A stretch of 64,000 nt of DNA from an uncultured beta proteobacterium (GCA_963719995.1 CAVRDW010000005.1:2169975-2233974); one strand, 5' to 3'; counted from the first letter of the stretch, positions 10,376-22,363 are shown. Translations and numbers: made by a program. Notes: a model not told the origin generated them from the sequence alone.

Positions 10376-11830
10376 ATGGCGCCCATGACGCTCGACTCCG
10401 CCACCTGTTACCGCGCGCTGCGCTCGCGCGACGCGCGCTTCGATGGGCGCTTCTTCGTCGCGGTGTCCTCGACGCGCATCTACTGCCGCCCGGTGTGCAC
10501 CGTGAAGCCGCCGCGGCGCGAGAACTGCCGCTTCTACCCGAGCGCCGCCGCCGCGGAATCCGCGGGCTACCGGCCCTGCCTGCGCTGCCGGCCCGAGCTC
10601 GCGCCCGGCAACGCGAGCGTGGACGCGACCACGCGCGTGGCGCAGGCCGCCGCGAGCCTGATCGAGGACCGCGCGCTCGACGCCGAAGGGCTGGAAGCGG
10701 TCGCCGCGCGCCTCGGCATCACGGACCGGCACCTGCGGCGCGCGTTCGGCGCCGAGTTCGGCGTGTCGCCCGTGGAGTACGCGCAGACGCAGCGCCTCCT
10801 GCTCGCCAAGCGCCTGCTCACCGACACCGCATTGCCCGTCACCGAGATCGCCTTCGCCAGCGGCTTCGGCAGCCTGCGGCGCTTCAATGCGCTCTTCAAG
10901 CAACGTTACCGCCTGCAGCCTCAGCAGCTGCGCCGCCACATGCGCGCGCAGACTGCGCCCGCCGCCGACGCACTGCAATTCGAGCTCTCCTTCCGCCCGC
11001 CCTACGACTGGCCGGCGCTCGCTGCGTTCCTCGGCGCACGCGCCATCGCCGGCGTCGAGGCGGTGGAGGGCGGCGTATACCGGCGCACGGCGCGCGTGGT
11101 GCTGGACGGGAAGGAGCATCGCGGCTGGATCGAGGCGGCATTGTCGCCGAAGAAGCCGGCGCTGCGCGTCGCTGTTTCGGCGTCGCTCGCGCGCGTGCTG
11201 CCGCCGGTGCTCTCGCGCGTAAAGGCGCTGATGGACCTCTCATGCAATCCGGCGGAAGTGGCGCAGGCGCTCGGCGCCCTCGCTGGCCAGCATCCCGGCA
11301 TGCGCGTGCCCGGCGCCTTCGACGGCTTCGAGGTGGCGGTGCGCGCGATCCTCGGCCAGCAGGTGTCGGTCGCCGGCGCGCGCACCGTCGCTGGCCGCTT
11401 CGCGCAGGCGCTCGGCGAGCCTCTCGCGACGCCGTTCCCCTCACTGACAACGGTTTTCCCGAACGCGGCACGCGTCGCGGATGCCCCAGTGGGACGCATC
11501 GCGCGCCTGGGCATGCCCGGGGCGCGTGCGCGCACGATCCTCGCGCTCGCGCGCGCAGTAGCGGACGGCGATCTCGTCCTCATGCCCAACGCCGACATCG
11601 AGGCCACGCTCGAGCGCCTGCGCGCGCTGCCGGGCGTCGGCGAATGGACCGCGCAGTACATCGCCATGCGCGCGCTCGCCTGGCCCGATGCCTTCCCGCA
11701 CACCGACCTGGGCGTCATGAAGGCGCTCGGCACGAAGGACGCGAAGCGCGTCCTTGCCGCCGCCGAAGCCTGGCGGCCCTGGCGTGCCTATGCAGTGATG
11801 CACCTGTGGAATTCCCTCGCAAAGGACTGA
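10376..11830 (+). CDS. ada: Bifunctional Ada-like regulator (Zn methylphosphotriester domain + AraC HTH) fused to AlkA-type DNA-3-methyladenine glycosylase II
   Basis: It carries the Cys cluster YCRPVCTVKPP...YRPCLRCRP and an AraC-type HTH (VTEIAFASGFGSLRRFNALFK). An AlkA N-terminal domain and an HhH-GPD region (LRALPGVGEWTAQYIAMRAL...FPHTDLGV) follow. The start is either ATG 10376 or ATG 10385. Confidence 0.85.
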   Translation: MAPMTLDSATCYRALRSRDARFDGRFFVAVSSTRIYCRPVCTVKPPRRENCRFYPSAAAAESAGYRPCLRCRPELAPGNASVDATTRVAQAAASLIEDRALDAEGLEAVAARLGITDRHLRRAFGAEFGVSPVEYAQTQRLLLAKRLLTDTALPVTEIAFASGFGSLRRFNALFKQRYRLQPQQLRRHMRAQTAPAADALQFELSFRPPYDWPALAAFLGARAIAGVEAVEGGVYRRTARVVLDGKEHRGWIEAALSPKKPALRVAVSASLARVLPPVLSRVKALMDLSCNPAEVAQALGALAGQHPGMRVPGAFDGFEVAVRAILGQQVSVAGARTVAGRFAQALGEPLATPFPSLTTVFPNAARVADAPVGRIARLGMPGARARTILALARAVADGDLVLMPNADIEATLERLRALPGVGEWTAQYIAMRALAWPDAFPHTDLGVMKALGTKDAKRVLAAAEAWRPWRAYAVMHLWNSLAKD

Positions 11831-11832
11831 CC

Positions 11833-12313
11833 ATGACGAGCTACGACTATTTCGAGAGCCCCTGCGGCCGGATGCTCCTCGCCGCGGACGAGAAGGCCAT
11901 CACCAGCGTGAGCTTCATCGGCCAGAAGTACGCGCCGCGCGTCGGGCGCGACTGGAAGCGCGATGCGCGCCATGCGCCGATCCGGCAGGCGAAGCGCGAA
12001 CTCGCCGAGTATTTCAGCGGACGGCGCACAGCGCTTCTCGGTGAAGCTCGCGCCGGAGGGCACGCCGTTCCAGCGCGCGGTGTGGAAGGCGATCGCGCAG
12101 GTCGGCTTCGGCAAGACCATCGCCTACGCCGAGCTCGCGCGCCGCGCCGGCCGCCCCCGCAGCGCGCGCGCCGCGGGCGCCGCCACGGGCCGGAACCCGA
12201 TCGGCATCATCGTGCCCTGCCACCGCATCGTGGGGTCGAACGGCTCGCTCACCGGATATGCGGGCGGCCTCTCCAAGAAGCGGGCGCTGCTCGAGCTGGA
12301 GGCGCGCGGCTAG
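11833..12313 (+). CDS. ogt: Methylated-DNA--protein-cysteine methyltransferase (apparent frameshift near 12015-12030)
   Basis: [31 protein letters not shown]... sits in one frame. [35 protein letters not shown]...[21 protein letters not shown] (PCHR active site) sits in the frame of ORF 11963..12313. Confidence 0.85.
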
Positions 12314-12405
12314 GCTTCTGCCGGGAGGCTGGCGTTCGCCGCCCGAGCGCTGCTGCCCGTTTCAGGGGATGGCCGACCTGGTCGCGCGAGCGTAGGATCG
12401 CCGCG

Positions 12406-13216
12406 ATGAGCAGCGTCTTCAACGCCGCGGCTAACGGCAACCTGAAAGCGGCCCTCAAGGCCGCCGTGCCCATCGCGCTCGCGCTGGCCGCCGCAGCGTG
12501 GGGCATCTTCGCGCCTCCGGTGCTGCAATCGCAGGAGTACCACCGCTTCGCCGACTCGCGCGCGTTCCTCGGGGTGGTGAACGGCGCCGACACGCTGTCC
12601 AACCTCGCCTTCCTGCTCGTGGGGGTGCTCGGCCTCGTATTCCTGCGGCGCGAGCGCGCGGCAGGCTCCAACGTGCGTTTCGCGTCGCCGCGCGAGATCC
12701 TGCCCTACTGGGTGTTCTTCGCCGGCGTAGCGCTGACGAGCGCGGGCTCCGCCTGGTACCACCTCGCGCCGGACGATGCGCGCCTCGTCTGGGACCGGCT
12801 GCCGATGACCATCGCCTTCATGTCGCTCGTCGCGGCGGTGGTGCAGGAGCGCATCAGCGTGCGCGTAGGCGGCGCGCTGCTCTGGCCGCTGGTGCTCCTG
12901 GGCCTCGCGAGCGTCGTCTACTGGCGCTGGAGCGCGCTTGCGGGCTTCGAGAACCTGCGCCCCTACCTCGCGGTGCAGTTCGGCTCGATCGCGGTGGTGC
13001 TGGCGCGTGTCGCTGCTCTACCGCTCGCGCTATACGCACGGCTGGGTGATCTTCGTCCTCGCGGCGGCCTACGGTGTAGCCAAGGTGGTCGAGGTCTACG
13101 ACCGCCAGATCTTCGAGTTCGGCCAGTGGCTGAGCGGCCACACGCTCAAGCACCTCGCCGCCGCGCTCGGCATCTACCTGCTGCTGATGGCACTGCAGCG
13201 GCGCACACGCCGCTAA
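12406..13216 (+). CDS. Ceramidase-domain (alkaline phytoceramidase-like) membrane protein (apparent frameshift near 12995-13005)
   Basis: From ATG 12406: ...NGADTLSNLAFLLVG, SAWYHLAPDDARLVWDRLPMTIAFM. It continues in the frame of ORF 12938..13216 (LLYRSRYTHGWVIFVLAAAYGVAKVVEVYD...LSGHTLKHLAAALG). Confidence 0.65.
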
Positions 13217-13220
13217 CGGT

Positions 13221-13250
13221 GGGCCCGTGCCTGGCATCGGGCGCGGGCCC
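13221..13250. terminator. GC-rich hairpin between convergent genes (possible bidirectional terminator)
   Basis: GGGCCCGTGCC / GGCGCGGGCCC form an 11-bp stem with one mismatch and an 8-nt loop. There is no T-tract. Confidence 0.35.
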
Positions 13251-13276
13251 GCTGGCGAACACCTCATTGGGCGCGC

Positions 13277-14358
13277 CTAGGCGCCCGCCAGCGCCTCGAG
13301 GTACATCTCCCGGTCGATATTGCCTCCCGAGAGAATCACGGCGAAGCGCGAGCCCTTGCGCACCGGGTCCTTGAGCATGGCCGCATACGCCGCCGCACCC
13401 GCGCCCTCGGCGATGTTGTGCGTGCAGCGATAGAGGTCGCGCATCGCCGACTTCACCTCGTCGTCGCTCACTTGCACGATGCGGTCGGCGCCCGCGCGGA
13501 TCGCCTCCAGCGCCTCGGGCACCGGCACGCGCACCGCCACGCCGTCGGCGAAGGTGATCGCGCTTTTCGTCTCGACCGGCCTTCCCGCGGCGAAGGAAAG
13601 CGCGTAGCAGGCGGCGTTCTCGGACACCACGCCCACCACGCGCGTCCTGCAGGCCCAGCGCGTCGCGCCACGCGATCACCCCGCAGATTCCCGAGCCGCA
13701 GCCGACCGGCACGTAGACCTCGTCGATGTCCTTCACTGCGCCGAAAAGCTCCATCGCGTAGCTGCCCACGCCGGTCACGAGGTGGCGGTCGAAGGGCCCG
13801 ATGTAGTAGAGGCCCTGCGCCTTCGAGATCGCATGCGCGTGCTCGCGCGCCTCGTCGTAGTCGCGTCCGTGCTCGATCAGCTCCGCGCCCCAGGCGCGCA
13901 TCGCCGCGTTCTTCTCCTTGCTGTTGCCGTGCGGCACCACGATCACCGAACGGATGCCGTGGCGCCGTCCGGCGAAGGCGACCGACTGGCCGTGGTTGCC
14001 GCGCGTCGCGCTCGCCACGCCGGCGAGCTCTGGGGTTCTCGCGCCGCAGCTGGTCGATGAGCGTGAGCCCGCCGCGCACCTTGAAGGAGCCCGTGGCAGT
14101 GTGGTTCTCGTGCTTCACCCACACCTCGGTGCCGGACAGCTCGTTCAGCAGCGGCCAGCTCAGCTGCGGCGTCGGCGGCACGACGGCGTGCACCAGCCGC
14201 GCGCCTTCCTCGAGTTGCTGGCGGGTGAGCCCGAGGATCAGGCGAGGGGCCTGCGCGCGCCCGCGCGAAACGCGCAGGCCAGGCGCCACGCGGCGGGGAC
14301 CCCGCCGCGCGCGCGCATCGCGTCGGGCGGCCGGCTTCGGGCGCTTGCGGCTAGCCAC
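13277..14358 (-). CDS. Threonine/serine dehydratase-family PLP enzyme (at least two apparent frameshifts, near 13640 and 14020)
   Basis: Three colinear pieces in three frames make up the gene. The first is ...[18 protein letters not shown] (PLP lysine motif). The second is [50 protein letters not shown]...[13 protein letters not shown]. The third is [22 protein letters not shown]...[17 protein letters not shown]. The start is uncertain. Confidence 0.75.
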
Positions 14359-15726
14359 CTTTGGGCCTCTTGTCGATCACGCGCTTCGCCTTGCCGATCG
14401 AGCGCTCGATGGTGCTGAGCGGAACGAGCTTCACGTCGGCCGAGACGCCGATGTAGGACTTGATGTTGTGCTGCAGTTTCGCCGCACCGCCGGTGTCGGC
14501 CGCGCCCGGCGCGAGCTCGACCAGCACCGCGAGGTGGTCCATCGGGCCATCCTTGGTCACCTCCAGCACGTAGTGCGGTGCGAGATCCGGCTGCTTGAGG
14601 ATCAGCTCCTCGATCTGCGTGGGAAACACGTTCACGCCGCGGATGATCAGCATGTCGTCCGACCTGCCGGTGATCTTCTCCATGCGGCGCATCGAGCGCG
14701 CGGTGGGCGGCAGGAGCCGCGTCAGATCGCGCGTGCGGTAGCGGATCACGGGCAGCGCTTCCTTCGTGAGCGAGGTGAAGACCAGCTCGCCCTTATCGCC
14801 TTCGGGCAGCACTTCGCCCGTCTCCGGGTGCACGATCTCGGGATAGAAGTGGTCCTCCCAGATGGTGAGGCCGTCCTTGGTCTCCACGCACTCCTGCGCG
14901 ACGCCCGGGCCGATGACCTCGGATAAGCCGTAGATGTCGATGGCGTCCAGGCTCGTGCGCGCCTCGATCTGCTTGCGCATCTCGTTCGTCCAGGGCTCGG
15001 CGCCGAAGATGCCGATGCGCAGGGATGACTTCTTCGGATCGAGGCCCTGCTTTTCCATCTCGTCGGCGATCGCCAGCATGTAGGAGGGCGTCACCATGAT
15101 GATCTCGGGCTTGAAGTCCCCGATCAGCTGCACCTGGCGCTCGGTCATGCCGCCCGATAGCGGGATCACCGCGAGGCCGAGCGCCTCCGCGCCGTAGTGC
15201 GCGCCCAGGCCCCCGGTGAACAGCCCGTAGCCGTAGGCGACGTGCACCTTGTCGCCGGGGCGCGCGCCCGCGGCGCGGATCGAGCGCGCCATCACGTGCG
15301 TCCAGGTGTCGATGTCCTTCTGCGTGTAGCCGACGACGGTGGGCTTGCCGGTGGTGCCGGAGGACGCATGGATGCGCACGATCTTGTCCATCGGCACGGC
15401 GAACATGCCGAAGGGATAGTTCTGGCGCAGGTCGGCCTTCGTCGTGAAGGGAAACTTCGCGAGGTCGGCGAGCGTCTTCAGGTCCTTGGGCTTCACGCCC
15501 GCGGCATCGAACTTCCTGCGGTAGTGCGGGCACGTTGTCGTAGGCGTGCTTGAGCGACCACTTCAGGCGCTCGAGCTGCAGCGTGGCAAGTGTCTTGCGC
15601 GGATGCTTTCTCGATGGGCTCGAGGGGAAATCCGCGCTTCGACGCAAGAGCCCTCGCCGTGCCCGCTCGACCCGCCGTCGCTCGAGCCTTCGTCGCTCTG
15701 CTCGCCCTCACGTGGCTCGCCGCCAT
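14351..15726 (-). CDS. paaK: Phenylacetate-CoA ligase (two or more apparent frameshifts in the first ~60 codons, 15500-15600)
   Basis: ORF 14351..15496 is colinear with PaaK ([45 protein letters not shown]). The N-terminal [27 protein letters not shown] and [19 protein letters not shown] pieces lie in three frames. The start at ATG 15726 is tentative. Confidence 0.85.
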
Positions 15727-15737
15727 CCGATCTGCCT

Positions 15738-16163
15738 TTACTCGACCCATTTGCCTTTCACCGTCGCCGACTTGCCGCGGAACACCGCGACCAATTCGCC
15801 TTTCTGGTTGGTGACCTTCGCGTCGTAGATCCCGGTGCGCCCCACGTGCCCCTCTTCGCGGCACTCGGCGGTGAGCCGGTCGCCGAGATGCGCGGGCGCG
15901 AGGAAATCGATCGAGCAGCTCGCGGCGAGCGCCCTGTGATTGTGGCTGTTGCAGGCCATGCCGAAGGCCGAGTCGGCGAGCGCGAAGATCAGGCCGCCGT
16001 GGCAGAGCGCCTGCGCGTTTGCCATCTGCTCGGTGACCAGCATCGTCATGCGTGCGTAGCCGGGCTTGAGCTCCTCGAGCTTCATGCCGAGGAACCGGGA
16101 GGCGCGGTCCTCGCGCCAGATCGCCTCGCCTGCCGCCTGCGCGAGCGCCTGGCGGTCCATCAC
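15738..16163 (-). CDS. paaI: Hydroxyphenylacetyl-CoA thioesterase (hotdog fold)
   Basis: A 141-aa ORF with the PaaI-type motif QALCHGGLIFALADSAFG, positioned between paaG and paaK. Confidence 0.8.
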   Translation of the reverse strand: MMDRQALAQAAGEAIWREDRASRFLGMKLEELKPGYARMTMLVTEQMANAQALCHGGLIFALADSAFGMACNSHNHRALAASCSIDFLAPAHLGDRLTAECREEGHVGRTGIYDAKVTNQKGELVAVFRGKSATVKGKWVE

Positions 16164-16945
16164 TTGCCTGTGAAGCGCGGCTTGCGCTTCTCGAGGAACG
16201 CGGCCACGCCCTCGCGGTAGTCGGTGTGGTGGCCGACCTCGCGCTGGTAGTCACGCTCGAGGTCGAGCTGCTCGTCGAGCGAGTTGTCGAAAGAGGCGTA
16301 GATCGCCTTCTTGATCATGCCGTAGGTGTGCGTGGGGCCGGTGGCGAGCGCGCGCGCCATGGCGTTCGCCTCGTCCATCAGCTTCGCATCGTCCACGCAT
16401 TTCCAGATGAGGCCCCAGCGCTCGGCGTCCTCGGCCGAGACGCGCTCGGCGAGCATCGACATGCCCATCGCGCGCGCGGTGCCGGCGAGGCGCGGCAGCC
16501 AGTAGGTGCCGCCGCAGTCCGGGATGAGCGCGATCTTGGCGAAGGCCTGCAGGAACGAGGTCGAGCGCGCGGCGAGCACGATGTCGCAGGCGAGCGCGAG
16601 GTTCGCGCCCGCGCCAGCGGCGATGCCGTTCACGGCGCAGATGACGGGCTTGGGCAGCGCGCGCAGGCGCCGGATGAAGGGGTTGTAGTTCGCCTCCAGG
16701 CCGCCGCCCAGGTCGAGGTTCGGGTTGTTCATGTCGCGCTCGGAGAGGTCCTGCCCGGCGCAGAAACCGCGGCCCGCACCGGTGAGGAGCACCGCGCGGA
16801 TCGTGTCGTCCTTCTCGGCCTGCGCGATCGCCTCGCGCAGCAGGCCGTGCATCTCGCTGATGAAGGCGTTCAGCTTCTCTGGGCGGTTGAGCGTCACGGT
16901 CATGACGCCCGCATCGGTCGAAACGAGGACGGAGGGCATGGGCAA
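16160..16945 (-). CDS. paaG: 2-(1,2-epoxy-1,2-dihydrophenyl)acetyl-CoA isomerase (crotonase family)
   Basis: A 261-aa crotonase-fold ORF (LLTGAGRGFCAGQDL, VNGIAAGAGANLALACD) in paa gene context. Confidence 0.75.
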   Translation of the reverse strand: MPMPSVLVSTDAGVMTVTLNRPEKLNAFISEMHGLLREAIAQAEKDDTIRAVLLTGAGRGFCAGQDLSERDMNNPNLDLGGGLEANYNPFIRRLRALPKPVICAVNGIAAGAGANLALACDIVLAARSTSFLQAFAKIALIPDCGGTYWLPRLAGTARAMGMSMLAERVSAEDAERWGLIWKCVDDAKLMDEANAMARALATGPTHTYGMIKKAIYASFDNSLDEQLDLERDYQREVGHHTDYREGVAAFLEKRKPRFTGK

Positions 16946-16966
16946 AGCTTAGCTAAAATCGGCCCC

Positions 16967-17580
16967 ATGCCCAAGGTTTACGCGATCGACGGGATCGTTC
17001 CCGTCGTGCACCCCTCCGCGTTCGTGCACGAGAGTGCAGTCCTGATCGGCGACGTGATCGTCGGCGCCAAGGCCTTTATCGGCCCCTGCGCCTGCCTGCG
17101 GGGCGACTTCGGCCGCATCGTGGTCGAGGAAGGCGCGAACATCCAGGACACCTGCATGCTGCACGGCTTTCCCGGCAAGGACACCGTGGTCGGCGCCGAG
17201 GCGACGATCGGCCATGGCGCGGTGCTGCACGGCTGCGCGGTGCGGCGCGGGGCGCTCATCGGCATGAACGCCGTGGTGAACGACAACGCGGAAGTGGGCG
17301 AGGGCGCGATGGTGGCCGCGCTCGCCTTCGTCAAGGCCGAGGCCCGCATTCCGCCACGCTCGCTCGCCGCGGGCATTCCCGCGCGCGTGCTGCGCGAGCT
17401 CACCGCCGACGAGATCCAGTGGAAGACGGACAACATGCACCTCTACCAGCAGCTCGCCGAAAGAAGCGCGACGACCATGCAGCGGGTCGAGGCGCTCACG
17501 GCGCCCGAGCCGGGCCGCAAGCGCATCGACATCCCGGGCTCCATCCCGCTTTCGGAGCTGAAGGCAAAGGCACGCGCCAA

Positions 17581-17584
<4 letters not shown>
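16967..17584 (+). CDS. paaY: Hexapeptide-repeat (gamma-carbonic-anhydrase-like) protein PaaY
   Basis: MPKVYAIDGIVPVVHPSAFVHESAVLIGDVIVG... shows left-handed beta-helix repeats. It is divergent from paaG, and its stop overlaps the next ATG (ATGA). Confidence 0.75.
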
Positions 17585-18356
<772 letters not shown>

Positions 18357-18357
<1 letters not shown>

Positions 18358-18452
18358 AAATCGGGGTCAGGGCCGAATTTTCTTGCGCGCAAAGAATTCG
18401 GCCCTGACCCCAATTTTCTCCGGCGAGATTAATTCGGCCCTGACCCCGATTT
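18357..18452. repeat. REP-like palindromic element cluster (1 forward copy, 2 inverted)
   Basis: AAAATCGGGGTCAGGGCCGAATTT at 18357. GAATTCGGCCCTGACCCCAATTT at 18394. AATTCGGCCCTGACCCCGATTT at 18431. Confidence 0.9.
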
Positions 18453-19647
18453 GCGCTCGATACCTGTAATCCTGATCGCGGCCCACATCTTCTCGATGCT
18501 GGGCTTCTCGACTTATCCGGCGCTGCTGCCCGAGCTGCAGGGCGAGTGGGCGCTGTCCAACTCGCAGGCGGGGATCGTCGGCAGCTTCTTTTTCGCCGGC
18601 TACATCGCCACGGTGTCGTCCTGGACGGCCCTTACCGACCGTATCGATGGCCGCTGGGTGTACGCCGCGGGAAGCGCGGTGGCGCTCATCGGCTGCGCGG
18701 GCTTCGGTCTGGGCGCGCAAGGGTTTCTCAGCGCCTGCGCGTACCAGGTTCTGATGGGCGCAGGGGTCGCCGGCACCTACATGCCAGGCCTGCGCCTGCT
18801 CTCCGACGTCACGCACGGCAAGTCCCAGAGCCGCTTCGTCGCGTTCTATACCTCGTTCTTCGGCATCGGCGCCGCGCTTTCCTTCGCGCTCGCCGGCTGG
18901 ATCGCCCCGATCGCCGGCTGGCGCATGGCCTTCGTTTACTGCTCCGTGGGCTCGGTGGTCTCGGGCCTGATGGTGTTCTTCAGCCTCGCGCCGAAGACGC
19001 CCGCGGGCTCGACGCACTCGATCCTTTTCCCGCTCGCCGCCTGGCGGACCGTCCTCACCAACCGGCCCGCGGCCGGCTACATCTTCGGCTACTGCGTGCA
19101 CTGCGTGGAGCTCTTCGGCTCGCGCGGCTGGATGGTGGCGTTCCTCGCTTTTGCCGCGGGCGTCGGCGCCGCGGGCGCCTCTCCGTGGAGCCCGACGGCG
19201 ATCGCGGCGCTCGTGAACCTGCTCGCGGTGCCCGCCTCCATCCTCGGCAACGAGATGGCGCTGCGCATCGGGCGCCGGCGCTGGATCCTCATCGTGATGG
19301 CGAGCTCCTCGCTCGCCGGCATCGCCCTCGCGTTCTCGGCCCCGCTGCACTGGGCGCTGGTGGTGGCGCTGCTCGTCTTCTACTCGATGCTGGTGATGGC
19401 GGAGTCGGCCACCCTCACCGCGGGCCTCGTGGCCGCGGCACCAGCCGAGCTGCGCGGGGCGGCGATGGGCCTGTATTCGCTCATCGGCTTTGGCGGCGGG
19501 ATGCTCGGGCCGGCGGTCTTCGGGGCCGCGCTCGACCTCGCCGGGGGGCAGGGAAGCATCGCCGCTTGGGCTTGCGGCTATGCGGCAATCGGCGCGGGGT
19601 GCCTGCTGGCACCCGTGGTGGTGAGGCTATTCCGGCCCGCTCGCTAG
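18451..19647 (+). CDS. MFS transporter
   Basis: A 398-aa ORF with about 12 hydrophobic segments. Its TTG start lies inside the last REP copy, so the start is uncertain. Confidence 0.75.
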   Translation: MRSIPVILIAAHIFSMLGFSTYPALLPELQGEWALSNSQAGIVGSFFFAGYIATVSSWTALTDRIDGRWVYAAGSAVALIGCAGFGLGAQGFLSACAYQVLMGAGVAGTYMPGLRLLSDVTHGKSQSRFVAFYTSFFGIGAALSFALAGWIAPIAGWRMAFVYCSVGSVVSGLMVFFSLAPKTPAGSTHSILFPLAAWRTVLTNRPAAGYIFGYCVHCVELFGSRGWMVAFLAFAAGVGAAGASPWSPTAIAALVNLLAVPASILGNEMALRIGRRRWILIVMASSSLAGIALAFSAPLHWALVVALLVFYSMLVMAESATLTAGLVAAAPAELRGAAMGLYSLIGFGGGMLGPAVFGAALDLAGGQGSIAAWACGYAAIGAGCLLAPVVVRLFRPAR

Positions 19648-19674
19648 TATCATGCCGCTCAAGGAGGAGGACCC

Positions 19675-21343
19675 ATGGAACGCATCTGGCTGAAGAGCTA
19701 TCCCGCGGGCATGCCCGCCGACGTCACCTGGGACGAGAACCAGTCCATCGGCGAGCTCTTCGAGAAGAGCTGCAAGGAGTTCGCCGAGCGCCCGGCATTC
19801 CACTGCATGGGCAAGACGCTGACCTTCGCGCAGATCGACAAGAAGAGCCGCGACTTCGCCGCCTGGGTGCAGTCCAAGGGCCTCGGCAAGGGCACGCGCG
19901 TCGCGATCATGATGCCCAACTGCCTGCAGTACCCGATCGTGCTCTTCGGCACGCTGCGCGCGGGCTACACGGTGGTGAACGTCAATCCCGCTCTACACCG
20001 CGCGCGAGCTCGAGCACCAGCTGAAGGACTCCGGCGCCGAGGTGATCGTGATCCTGGAGAACTTCGCGAACACGCTGGAGGAGGTGCTGCCGCGCACGCC
20101 CGTCAAGCACGTGGTGGTGGCTTCCCTGGGCGACCTGCTCGGCGTGAAGGGCGCGATCGTCAACTTCGTGGTGAGGAACGTGAAGAAGATGGTCCCGGCC
20201 TTCGAGCTGCCGAACGCGCAGCGCTTCAACGCCATGTTGAAGGAAGGCGCTGGCCTCGGCATGAAGCCGTTCCCCACGTCGCAGGAGGACATCGCCTTCC
20301 TGCAGTACACCGGCGGCACCACCGGCGTTTCCAAGGGCGCGATGCTCACGCATCGCAACATCCTCGCCAACATCGCGCAGAGCGAAGGCAACCTCCGCAA
20401 CGGGCTCGGCGGCGAGACGCCGGTGATCATCACCGCGCTGCCGCTGTATCACATCTTCTCGCTCACGGTGAACTGCCTGCTGATGGCGAAGATGGGCGGC
20501 TTGAACGTCCTCATCACCAACCCGCGCGACATCCCGGGGTTCATCAAGGAGCTCGCCAAGCACCGCTACAACATGATCACGGGCGTGAACACGCTGTTCA
20601 ATGCCTTCCTCAACAACCCGGACTTCCACAAGCTCGACTTCTCGCACGTCAAGATCAGCGTCGGCGGCGGCATGGCGGTGCAAAAGGCGGTGGCCGAGCG
20701 CTGGAAGCAGGTGACCGGCAAGGTGCTGCTCGAGGGCTACGGCCTCACGGAGACGAGCCCCGTCGCCACCATGAACCCGCCGAGCCTCCCCGAGTACAAC
20801 GGCTCGATCGGGTTTCCAGTGCCCTCGACCTACATCGCCATCCGCGACGACAACAACAAGGACCTGCCGGTCGGCGGCACCGGCGAGATCTGCATCAAGG
20901 GCCCGCAGGTGATGAAGGGCTACTGGCAGCGGCCCGAGGAGACCGTCAAGGTGCTCGACAAGGACGGGTTCCTCCACACCGGCGACATCGGCATCATGGA
21001 CGAACAGGGCTTCATCCGCATCGTCGATCGCAAGAAGGACATGATCCTGGTCTCGGGCTTCAATGTGTACCCGAACGAGATCGAGCAGGTGGTGGCGATG
21101 CACCCGGGCGTGCTGGAAGTGGCGGCGATCGGCGTGCCCGACGAGCACTCGGGCGAGGTGCCGAAGCTGTTCATCGTGAAGAAGGACCCGGCGCTCACCG
21201 AGAAGGACATCTTCGAGCACTGCAAGGAGCAGCTCACCGGCTACAAGCGGCCGAAGTACATCGAGTTCCGCGCCGACCTGCCCAAGACCAACGTCGGCAA
21301 GATCCTGCGCCGCGCGCTCAGGGACGAGAAGAAGGCGGCCTGA
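19675..21343 (+). CDS. fadD: Long-chain-fatty-acid--CoA ligase (apparent 1-nt insertion near 19985-19992)
   Basis: [17 protein letters not shown]...VNVNP is followed, in the frame of ORF 20042..21343, by [25 protein letters not shown]. That frame carries [22 protein letters not shown] (AMP-binding motif), GYGLTETSP and [12 protein letters not shown]. Confidence 0.9.
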
Positions 21344-21438
21344 AATCGGGGTCAGGGCCGAATTTTCGGCAAGAAGAGAAATTGGGGTCAGGGCCGAATT
21401 CTTTCCGCCGGAAAGAATTCGGCCCTGACCCCAATTTT
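21343..21438. repeat. REP-like palindromic element cluster (2 forward copies, 1 inverted)
   Basis: Copies occur at 21343, 21379 and (inverted) 21415. The first copy shares its first base with the fadD stop codon. Confidence 0.9.
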
Positions 21439-21442
21439 GTCC

Positions 21443-22363
21443 ATGACGCCCCGTTCCGACCTCTTCAAGGGCCTCGTCTGGCTCGGCATCGCCATCGCGT
21501 CCTGGGGGGCGCTATTCTCGGTGGCGAAGCGCACGCTGCCGGTTCTCGATGCCTTCTTCCTCGGCTCGGTGCGCTACACGTTCGGCGTGCTGATCTTCGT
21601 CGCCATCCTCTGGGCGGCCGAGGGGCGCCAGCACCTGCGCTACGGCGGGCGCCTCCTGCCGGCGGCGGTGTACGGGATGATCGGCTTCTGCGGCTTCAAC
21701 CTGCTCGTGTGGTGGGGCCTCAGCTTCACGCGCCCCGAGCACGCCTCGATCATCATGGCGCTGCAGACGCCGATGACGGCGATCGCGGTGTGGTTCACGC
21801 AGAGCAAGCGCCCGCAGCCCTTCACCGTCGGCTGCATTGCGGCGGCGATCGCGGGCGTGCTGCTCGTCGTGACCAAGGGCGGCATCGGCAACCTTCTCGA
21901 CGGCGGCTCGCTCTTCGGCGACCTGCTCGTCTTCCTCGGCGCGGTGAGCTGGGTGATCTACACCATGGCGGGCTGGCACTTCTCCGGCTGGTCGCCGCTG
22001 CGCATGACGGTGCTGACGGCGATCCCCGGTGCGCTTGGCCTGGTCGCCTTCAATGCCGTGGCGATTGCGGCAGGATGGTCGGTGCTGCCCACGCTCGACA
22101 CGGTGCTCTCGGTGAAGTGGCAGCTCCTGTATTTCATCGTCTTCACCGTGGTGCTCGGCGTGCTCGGCTTCAACAACGGCGTGAAGTATCTCGGTGCGCT
22201 CAATGCGATGCTGATGCTCAACCTCATTCCGGTGATCGTGTTCGCGATCGAGGCGTGGCTGGGCAGGAGCTACGTCGCGGTGGAATTGCTGGGGGCTGCC
22301 GTGGTGATCGGGGCGCTGGTGGCGAACAACCTCTTCCTCAGGCGGCAGGCGCGATCCGCATAG
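21443..22363 (+). CDS. DMT-superfamily (EamA-like) transporter
   Basis: A roughly 306-aa hydrophobic ORF. ATG 21443 is used here, and an alternative TTG at 21437 lies in the REP copy. Confidence 0.8.
   Translation: MTPRSDLFKGLVWLGIAIASWGALFSVAKRTLPVLDAFFLGSVRYTFGVLIFVAILWAAEGRQHLRYGGRLLPAAVYGMIGFCGFNLLVWWGLSFTRPEHASIIMALQTPMTAIAVWFTQSKRPQPFTVGCIAAAIAGVLLVVTKGGIGNLLDGGSLFGDLLVFLGAVSWVIYTMAGWHFSGWSPLRMTVLTAIPGALGLVAFNAVAIAAGWSVLPTLDTVLSVKWQLLYFIVFTVVLGVLGFNNGVKYLGALNAMLMLNLIPVIVFAIEAWLGRSYVAVELLGAAVVIGALVANNLFLRRQARSA

Noticed and set aside
10495-13374. 959-codon plus-strand ORF spanning the ada-alkA, ogt and ceramidase-like genes
   Set aside because: It is an open frame only because of high GC. 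Only short sections (the ogt N-terminus and the ceramidase-like N-terminus) are real coding sequence in this frame, and the rest is Arg/Pro/Ala-rich nonsense.
16946-16966. The 21-bp paaG / paaY divergent spacer considered as a PaaX/PaaR operator
   Set aside because: It is too short, and I could not support any clear palindrome. No regulator gene for the paa cluster is present in the window.
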